NCBI GenBank assembly: GCA_000004695.1
Contig: CH709151.1
Location: forward strand, 1-4,957
DNA from: Dictyostelium discoideum
Lineage: Eukaryota
Direction: 5' to 3'
DNA: 4,957 bases
Below are positions 1 through 4,230 of this stretch, piece by piece; the stretch's first letter is position 1, and each line of letters starts with the position of its first letter. The position numbers and the translations under genes were made by a program. The notes beneath the pieces were generated by a model. It was not told the origin of the DNA. It did not search any database and saw only the letters and a program-made list of their open reading frames with translations.

Positions 1-408
1 GCGACGTTCACTTGGAAGTTAGATGGAAAGTTGAATACTTTATTCAATTCGGATATCTCATCTTTCTTGAGGATACATTCTTCTTCGACGAGTAAACCTT
101 GATTGTTTACCATATGTTTGTACTGACCAAGTAAAGTATCGGATAATTGATAATCGGTTGGAACATCGACATTGTTACTTGATTCATCATCACTTTGTTC
201 ATTCTCGGTGTCAGAGTTATCATGAGAAGGTTGGTTATGTGAATTGGTATTAGATGAGAACATAGGTTCTTTCATGAATCTTGTAAAGGCTAAAGAAAGG
301 TTGTTGATTTGATCCTCCATTGATTTCATTCTTAAATCAAAGGATTCAGCGCTATTAGAGGCAGAGGTACTACTCGAGGTATAATTATTATTAACAGGGG
401 TAGACATA
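1..408 (-). CDS. DIRS-1-type retrotransposon ORF1 (putative GAG-like protein), N-terminal 136 codons of copy A; partial, runs off window start
   Basis: The reverse complement of 1..408 translates uninterrupted as MSTPVNNNYTSSSTSASNSAESFDLRMKSMEDQINNLSLAFTRFMKEPMFSSNTNSHNQPSHDNSDTENEQSDDESSNNVDVPTDYQLSDTLLGQYKHMVNNQGLLVEEECILKKDEISELNKVFNFPSNFQVNVA. This is near-identical to the N-terminus of the intact 335-aa ORF at 3223..4230. Differences are a 3-bp indel and a few substitutions clustered in the first 10 codons and around codons 58-59. The ATG is at 408..406 on the minus strand. Confidence 0.8.
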
Positions 409-862
409 TTTTATTGTTGATATCTAAAATTATAATGGGAGAAAAATAATAATATTAAAAATTAATAAAGAGAAATAATTATTTGTATAAAATTTGTGTG
501 TGTGTGTATCTTAAATATATATAGGAGGAATTCCCAAATAAAATAAATCAAATTGTTTTAAGTTTTTAGTGCCACTATTTATACCGTTTTTATTTTCTTA
601 AAAATTTCGCAAAACTCAAAAAAATAAGGGTTTTCGACCCTTCACAACTTTGTGCATTGTGTCGGGTTCGGAATTTTTCAGTTTTTCGACCTTGCGGTAA
701 TGATCCCGTCATTGTGCCGGTTCGAAATTTTTTACTTTTCTTTCGAAAATTTTTTATTCTTCGAATGTTCTAGAACATTCTAAAAAATTATCTTAAATAT
801 TGGGAAATTCAAATAAATAAATGTTATTCATAATATATATATATATATATGATAATATAAAT
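409..862 (-). repeat. Left inverted-terminal-repeat/5' leader region of DIRS-1 copy A
   Basis: Non-coding AT-rich leader between the element terminus and the ORF1 ATG. It contains GAAnnTTC heat-shock arrays, a (TG)6-7 tract at 495..507, a TATA-like tatttatac (reverse complement) at ~571..583, and an (AT)n run at 828..848. It is mirrored in 2775..3222. Confidence 0.7.
757..780. promoter_or_regulatory. Heat-shock element: perfect alternating TTC/GAA array (ttcTTCGAAtgTTCtaGAAcaTTC) in the copy A leader
   Basis: The sequence shows at least four contiguous inverted nGAAn units with 2-bp spacing, the canonical HSE architecture. DIRS-1 is known to be heat-shock inducible from its ITR. Further TTCGAA / TTCnnGAA units lie at 721..727 and 743..748. 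Confidence 0.6.
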
Positions 863-1054
863 GATTGAAAGGAACTCTCTATCACCTATGCTGTACCTCT
901 TTTGAGTGTCAGTAAGTTTTCTACTGTGGAACCAAATGACTTTGAATTTATCACCTTGAATTTGATATAATACACCTGATAATGCTTTATCACTAACATC
1001 ACAATACAAGTGAAAACTACCCTTTTCAGAAGTTCCGTTTAAAAAATGTTGCAT
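863..1054 (-). pseudogene. Fragment of an LTR-retroelement-type (Ty3/gypsy, DIRS or BEL-like) RNase H domain; truncated at both ends
   Basis: The minus-strand ORF 824..1054 reads MQHFLNGTSEKGSFHLYCDVSDKALSGVLYQIQGDKFKVIWFHSRKLTDTQKRYSIGDREFLSI. It carries the canonical RNase H motifs of retroviral/LTR-type Pol proteins: (Y/F)-x-D-A/V-S-D-x-x-x-G-x-V-L-x-Q, then h-x-(F/Y)-x-S-R-K-L-x-x-x-E/Q-x-x-Y-S-x-x-(E/D)-(K/R)-E-x-L-x-I. The trailing IIYIIIYIYIYYE is readthrough into the (AT)n of the DIRS terminus. A stop lies 11 codons upstream of the Met, inside the tRNA-like sequence, so this is an orphan internal fragment. Confidence 0.55.
1041..1046 (-). terminator. Oligo(T)6 RNA polymerase III terminator immediately 3' of the tRNA-like unit
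   Basis: aaaaaa at 1041..1046 on the plus strand gives a T6 run on the minus strand, one nucleotide after the predicted discriminator base. Confidence 0.45.
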
Positions 1055-1119
1055 ATGGGAATCGAACCCGTGACCTCTTACATTCTAAGCTATCTATCTA
1101 CCATATGAGCTAAATAAGC
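1047..1119 (-). tRNA. tRNA-like Pol III unit (probable degenerate tRNA gene or pseudogene; anticodon not assignable)
   Basis: The minus strand reads GCTTATTTAGCTCATATGGTAGATAGATAGCTTAGAATGTAAGAGGTCACGGGTTCGATTCCCATATGCAACA. Residues 8-19 form a good A box (TAGCTCAtaTGG versus TRGCnnAGTGG). Residues 52-62 form a perfect B box (GGTTCGATTCC). An AGGTC variable-loop signature is present, the T-arm pairs ACGGG with CCCAT (4 of 5 pairs), and the overall length is a canonical 73 nt. TTTTTT follows directly. However, the 5' acceptor half (GCTTATT) cannot pair with the 3' half (ATGCAAC), no 5-bp anticodon stem forms, and (TAGA)3 slippage sits in the D-arm. Confidence 0.4.
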
Positions 1120-1167
1120 TTTGATTATTTTTCATTATTAATAGCTGAAATATTAATGTAAAAAAAG

Positions 1168-1234
1168 TGAGTAAGAAAAAAAACATCAACAACAACAACA
1201 TTTTTCATATAAAAAAAAGACTTAAAAATAAAAT
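1168..1234 (+). repeat. Direct repeat copy 1 (tgAGTAAGAAAAAAAACATCAACAACAACAACATTTTTCATATAAAAAAAAGACTTAAAAAT); putative leader (A-module-like) repeat of a TRE5-type element
   Basis: About 60 bp is near-identical to 1345..1431. It starts 49-51 bp upstream of the 5' end (1119) of the tRNA-like unit. Confidence 0.7.
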
Positions 1235-1300
1235 AAAATACACAAAGAGTAAATCATTGTACTTCTTTATTTTATTGTAATTTATTTTTTCTTTTTTTTT

Positions 1301-1325
1301 GAAAATTTTGCGAAGCAAAATTTTC
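1301..1325. repeat. Perfect 11-bp stem / 3-nt loop hairpin (gaaaattttgc gaa gcaaaattttc) between the two direct repeats
   Basis: Exact reverse-complement arms are read directly from the sequence. Confidence 0.5.
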
Positions 1326-1344
1326 AAAAAAAAGGAAAAAATAA

Positions 1345-1431
1345 TCAGTAAGAAAAAAAACATCAACAACAACAACATTTTTTATTTGATTATTTCATTT
1401 TTCATATAAAAAAAAGACTTGAAAAAATTAA
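1345..1431 (+). repeat. Direct repeat copy 2, with a ~20-bp internal insertion/duplication (ttatttgattatttcattt)
   Basis: Same sequence as 1168..1234, 177 bp further on. With the insertion, the repeat period is ~178-199 bp. Confidence 0.7.
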
Positions 1432-1613
1432 ATCTCTATACGTATCTAGTAATACAATAGTAATAGTTGCAAATCAGGATGGACAGGAGTTCACACCGAC
1501 AGCATTCAAGTAGTTAGGGATGCTAGTAATTCATTCAAACAAAAATAAAAAATTCCACTATTATTAGTATTACATCAAAATTTCCAGTTGATCACAAAGA
1601 ATATCTCACAACA

Positions 1614-2378
1614 ATGTCCACTGAGTTAAAAAATAAATTCATCAAATGTGAACCAGGAATCAACCATTCTACCTTTACCTTTATCGGAGTAAACACTGAA
1701 TGGGAACCAGAATCTAAAATAAAAGCACTTAACGACTTCACTGTTATAAATATCACTAAATGGAAAATTTTAAAATATAAAGAATCTATGGCCAAAGAAG
1801 AAAAAACCAATGAAAAACAAACATCCCAATCAACACAACAAACACATCAAACTCAACCTAATCAACATACTGAACAAGTTCAAATAATCCAAAATAATAT
1901 AAAAAATTTAACCGAACAAGAGCTAGCTGAATTAATTTTCAACAACCCACAAGAGGCTGAACAAGAAAAAGAAATCATTAAGGAGTTCCAACAACAAAAA
2001 ATTCAAAACCAAAACAAACAAGAAACAAATAATAGTGACAATACATCTTTCACCTCTCCACCCAAAGATAAAGATGAACCATCACTCAATTTAAGTTCTC
2101 AATTCGAAGTTAGCATTTCTACTCAAGAAATAAACACTATGCTTAATACTGACTTTATCTTTGATGACTCTTCACCAATACCAAATAAATTATTAGAGCT
2201 GATTTCACCTGAACCAATTGTTTTTAGCATCAGAGAATTGGATTCTCCAACTAAAGATAACATACTAAATGAACTACTATATCAACCAGAACAATCAATT
2301 TATGTTCCTCCTCCTCCTCCCTCCTCCCCCTCCACCCCAATTAAACAAACCAAGCAGACTAACAAAAATAAGTGGTAG
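1614..2378 (+). CDS. Hypothetical N/Q/P-rich protein, probably ORF1 of the TRE5-like element; terminates prematurely relative to a +1-frame continuation (frameshift in a CCT/poly-Pro tract)
   Basis: A 254-aa ORF with amoeba-style codon usage. It has a structured N-terminus (MSTELKNKFIKCEPGINHSTFTFIGVNTEWEPESKIKALNDFTVINITKWKILKY) followed by Q/N/T-rich low complexity and a PPPPPSSPSTP tract. A stop occurs 40 nt after the cctcctcctcctccctcctccccctccacccc run at 2306..2337. Confidence 0.55.
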   Translation: MSTELKNKFIKCEPGINHSTFTFIGVNTEWEPESKIKALNDFTVINITKWKILKYKESMAKEEKTNEKQTSQSTQQTHQTQPNQHTEQVQIIQNNIKNLTEQELAELIFNNPQEAEQEKEIIKEFQQQKIQNQNKQETNNSDNTSFTSPPKDKDEPSLNLSSQFEVSISTQEINTMLNTDFIFDDSSPIPNKLLELISPEPIVFSIRELDSPTKDNILNELLYQPEQSIYVPPPPPSSPSTPIKQTKQTNKNKW

Positions 2379-2583
2379 ACCAAAATTCAACATTAAACAA
2401 AAAAACATTAAAACGATCGAAGAAAATATAGAGGAACACCTCAAAGATTCTTTAAATAACTCATCAGAAACAATATCAACAAAGAGAAAATACCAGGAGG
2501 AGCCAAATCAAGAGAATGACCTCGAACAAATATCCACAATTATGAACAACAATTTACAAAAACTTATCAATCTCACTAACTAA
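2269..2583 (+). CDS. Probable C-terminal continuation of the same ORF1 in the +1 frame (real coding likely only downstream of the poly-Pro tract, ~2340..2583); the N-terminal MNYYINQNNQFMFLLLL part is out-of-frame overlap
   Basis: Past the proline tract the +1 frame stays open and reads LNKPSRLTKISGRPKFNIKQKNIKTIEENIEEHLKDSLNNSSETISTKRKYQEEPNQENDLEQISTIMNNNLQKLINLTN. It ends exactly at the TAATG overlap with the endonuclease-like ORF start, which argues it is genuine coding sequence displaced by a 1-nt indel. Confidence 0.4.
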   Translation: MNYYINQNNQFMFLLLLPPPPPPQLNKPSRLTKISGRPKFNIKQKNIKTIEENIEEHLKDSLNNSSETISTKRKYQEEPNQENDLEQISTIMNNNLQKLINLTN

Positions 2584-2699
2584 TGAACACAATTAAGATA
2601 GCAATCTGGAACGCCCAAGGACACAGCAAAGAAAAATGCACCTTTAAAGCCAATTTAAAGCAAATTCAATTTAAATTTGCTTTAAATTGGCTTTAAATT
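2583..2699 (+). pseudogene. Truncated 5' remnant of a non-LTR ORF2 (endonuclease-domain N-terminal motif); about 20 meaningful codons, then the frame runs into hairpin repeats
   Basis: It translates as MNTIKIAIWNAQGHSKEKCTFKANLKQIQFKFALNWL*. The I-A-I-W-N-x-x-G segment matches the conserved first motif of the exonuclease-endonuclease-phosphatase domain. From ~2640 the sequence is a palindromic minisatellite, so the domain is deleted. Confidence 0.35.
2643..2697. repeat. Perfect 24-bp inverted repeat (tttaaagccaatttaaagcaaatt / aatttgctttaaattggctttaaa) with a 7-nt loop; built from tandem tttaaagc units
   Basis: Arms 2643..2666 and 2674..2697 are exact reverse complements, counted base by base. 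The loop is caattta at 2667..2673. Confidence 0.8.
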
Positions 2700-2733
2700 T
2701 GCTTTTTAAAAAGGTGATTTTAAAGATATTTTT

Positions 2734-2766
2734 AAGGTCGTTTAAAATTACATTAAAAATGACCTT
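2734..2766. repeat. Second hairpin (aaggtcgttt ... aaatgacctt): 10-bp stem with one G-T mismatch, 13-nt loop
   Basis: Read from the sequence. It lies 36 bp after the first hairpin and 8 bp before the DIRS copy B terminus. Confidence 0.5.
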
Positions 2767-2855
2767 TTAAATTTATTTATATTATCATATATATATATAT
2801 ATTATGAATAACATTTATTTATTTGAATTTCCCAAATATTTAAGATAATTTTTTA

Positions 2856-2879
2856 GAATGTTCTAGAACATTCGAAGAA
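2856..2879. promoter_or_regulatory. Heat-shock element array (GAAtgTTCtaGAAcaTTCGAAGAA) in the copy B leader
   Basis: Alternating GAA/TTC units at 2-bp spacing. This is the counterpart of 757..780. Confidence 0.6.
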
Positions 2880-3048
2880 TAAAAAATTTTCGAAAGAAAA
2901 GTAAAAATTTCGAACCGGCACAATGACGCGATAATTGCGCAAGGTCGAAAAACTGAAAAATTCCGAACCGACACTATGCACAAATTTGTGAAGGGTCGAA
3001 AACTCTTATTTTTTTGAGTTTTGCGAAATTTTTAAGAAAATAAAAACG

Positions 3049-3056
3049 TATAAATA
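3049..3056 (+). promoter_or_regulatory. TATA box (tataaata) ~170 bp upstream of the ORF1 ATG
   Basis: A canonical TATAAATA lies ~170 bp downstream of the HSE array in a slightly GC-richer context (cgtataaatagtggcac). The inverted counterpart is at ~571..583. Confidence 0.4.
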
Positions 3057-3222
3057 GTGGCACTAAAAACTAAAACAATTTGATTTATTTTATTTGGGAA
3101 TTCCTCCTATATATATTTAAGATACACACACACACAAATTTTATACAAATAATTATTTCTCTTTATTAATTTTTATTATTATTTTTTTCTCATATTATAA
3201 TTTTAGATATCAACAATAAAAT

Positions 3223-4230
3223 ATGTCTACCACTGTTAATAATAACGAAGCCTCTAGTAGTAGTACCTCTGCCTCTAATAGCGCTGAATCCTTTGATTTA
3301 AGAATGAAATCAATGGAAGATCAAATCAACAACCTTTCCTTAGCCTTTACAAGATTCATGAAAGAACCTATGTTCTCTTCTAATACCAATTCAAGTAGCC
3401 AACCTTCTCATGATAACTCTGACACCGAGAATGAACAAAGTGAAGATGAATCAAGTAACAATGTCGATGTTCCAACCGATTATCAATTATCCGATACCTT
3501 ACTTGGTCAGTACAAACATATGGTAAACAATCAAGGTTTACTCGTCGAAGAAGAATGTATCCTCAAGAAAGATGAGATATCCGAATTGAATAAAGTATTC
3601 AACTTTCCATCTAACTTCCAAGTGAATGTCGCTCCATTCGGTACACCTGAAGGTATTACTGTATCATCCAACGTCAAGAACAATGATACTGACTTGTTGA
3701 TTGTCGAAAAGCGAATCAACGATAGCTTGAAACCTTTGCTTCTCATGTCAAGTATGTTATCATCTGATAGCTCTAATGTCGATGTAGAACTTATTAGTTA
3801 CTTAACTCAGAGTGCAATCGTCTTAGCCGTTAATGCTCAAGCATCGCTTAGTCGTGTCCGTCGTAACAACATCGCTAAAGAAATCTATGGTTCTGAAGTA
3901 CTCTTACCAATTAAGATCAAGGATACACCAAAGATGTTTGATGAAACTGAAACTGAACGTGTAAGAAAGCTAGCCAAGTCAATCAGAAAGAACAACGAAG
4001 CTAAACAATCATTGTTAAAATTGAATTATCATTCCAAGTCCAATGTCAAGAAATCAGTTAACTCAAGTGGTAATAACACTACAGGAAACAGTAGTAATAG
4101 TAAATCCAGTAGTGGGAGTAATGGCCGATCTAACAACTTCAATGGATCACCAAGTAATGTTGCATCAGGTAGCAACAATACCAAGTCTGCCAACGGTACC
4201 AACAACCGTTTTCAGAAGAACAAGAAGTAA
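3223..4230 (+). CDS. DIRS-1-type ORF1 (putative GAG-like protein), complete, 335 aa
   Basis: An intact ORF that begins directly after the leader. It is S/N-rich at both ends with a unique central region. The minus-strand ORF at window positions 1..408 reproduces its N-terminus. Confidence 0.85.
   Translation: MSTTVNNNEASSSSTSASNSAESFDLRMKSMEDQINNLSLAFTRFMKEPMFSSNTNSSSQPSHDNSDTENEQSEDESSNNVDVPTDYQLSDTLLGQYKHMVNNQGLLVEEECILKKDEISELNKVFNFPSNFQVNVAPFGTPEGITVSSNVKNNDTDLLIVEKRINDSLKPLLLMSSMLSSDSSNVDVELISYLTQSAIVLAVNAQASLSRVRRNNIAKEIYGSEVLLPIKIKDTPKMFDETETERVRKLAKSIRKNNEAKQSLLKLNYHSKSNVKKSVNSSGNNTTGNSSNSKSSSGSNGRSNNFNGSPSNVASGSNNTKSANGTNNRFQKNKK

Larger units (their letters stand above)
1..862 (-). 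mobile_element. DIRS-1-type retrotransposon copy A, 5' portion (left terminus at ~862), minus orientation
   Basis: The reverse complement of 1..862 aligns with 2775..3645 at roughly 95-98% identity by eye. This covers the leader/ITR plus the ORF1 start. Homology stops at the shared end sequence atttatattatcat (849..862, reverse complement, versus 2775..2788), and the flanks differ, which fits an element terminus. Confidence 0.75.
1168..2773 (+). mobile_element. Putative 5' part of a tRNA-gene-targeted non-LTR (TRE5-like) retrotransposon: tandem leader repeats, ORF1, ORF2 start, internally deleted/truncated, 134-bp hairpin-rich tail
   Basis: Five lines of evidence support this. (1) Its 5' boundary lies ~50 bp upstream of a tRNA-like gene and it is transcribed away from it. 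TRE5 elements are reported to integrate ~48 bp upstream of tRNA genes in fixed orientation. (2) Tandem ~180-bp leader repeats are present. (3) The ORF1 stop and the next ORF start overlap as TAATG at 2581..2585, typical of non-LTR ORF1/ORF2 junctions. (4) The downstream ORF begins MNTIKIAIWNAQGHSKEKC, which resembles the first motif (h-h-h-W-N-x-x-G) of the endonuclease domain of non-LTR ORF2 proteins. (5) The reading frame collapses ~20 codons later into a structured 134-bp non-coding block that ends at the DIRS copy B terminus. The family assignment is unverified. Confidence 0.4.
2775..3222 (+). repeat. Left inverted-terminal-repeat/5' leader region of DIRS-1 copy B
   Basis: An inverted match to 409..862 with roughly 20 point differences or indels by eye. 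It contains an HSE array, a TATA box, (CA)6-7 at 3124..3136 and (AT)n at 2789..2803. Confidence 0.7.

Noticed and set aside
495-507. (TG)n / (CA)n microsatellite, also present at 3124..3136
   Set aside because: It is present at the same position in both DIRS leaders. It is part of the element sequence and not an independent microsatellite locus.
824-862. C-terminal IIYIIIYIYIYYE of the 824..1054 minus-strand ORF
   Set aside because: This is readthrough translation of the (AT)n tract and terminus of DIRS copy A, not part of the RNase H fragment. The real homology ends at ~863.
1168-1431. Two spaced direct repeats as a possible CRISPR-like array
   Set aside because: The context is eukaryotic. 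There are only two copies, they are AT-rich, and one carries an insertion. They read better as tandem leader modules of a retroelement.
1592-1810. 72-aa minus-strand ORF overlapping the start of the 1614..2378 ORF
   Set aside because: It is antisense to a codon-biased coding region. The product is a hydrophobic low-complexity peptide (MVFSSLAIDSLYFKIFHLVIFITV...) with no motifs, which is typical of a shadow ORF in AT-rich coding DNA.
2269-2340. N-terminal part (MNYYINQNNQFMFLLLLPPPPPP) of the 2269..2583 ORF
   Set aside because: It is an out-of-frame overlap with the well-formed 1614..2378 ORF. The sequence there is better explained as the +1 frame of real coding sequence. Only the portion after the proline tract looks genuine.
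856-2773. Possibility that the 1.9-kb spacer is a unique host gene region (the 254-aa ORF as a cellular protein)
   Set aside because: The ORF is flanked by tandem leader repeats, overlaps an endonuclease-like ORF via TAATG, sits at a fixed distance from a tRNA-like unit, and is surrounded by other retroelement fragments. A retroelement origin is more parsimonious, though it remains unverified without a database search.
1-3645. Inverted repeat arising from a palindromic segmental duplication instead of two insertions
   Set aside because: The spacer is asymmetric: an RNase H fragment and tRNA-like unit lie on one side and a non-LTR element on the other. Homology ends exactly at the same element-internal position on both arms, as expected for two independent termini.
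3531-3746. 71-aa minus-strand ORF inside DIRS ORF1
   Set aside because: It is an antisense shadow ORF of ORF1. The same sequence reappears on the plus strand at 1..216 only because copy A is inverted; it is not independent evidence of coding.
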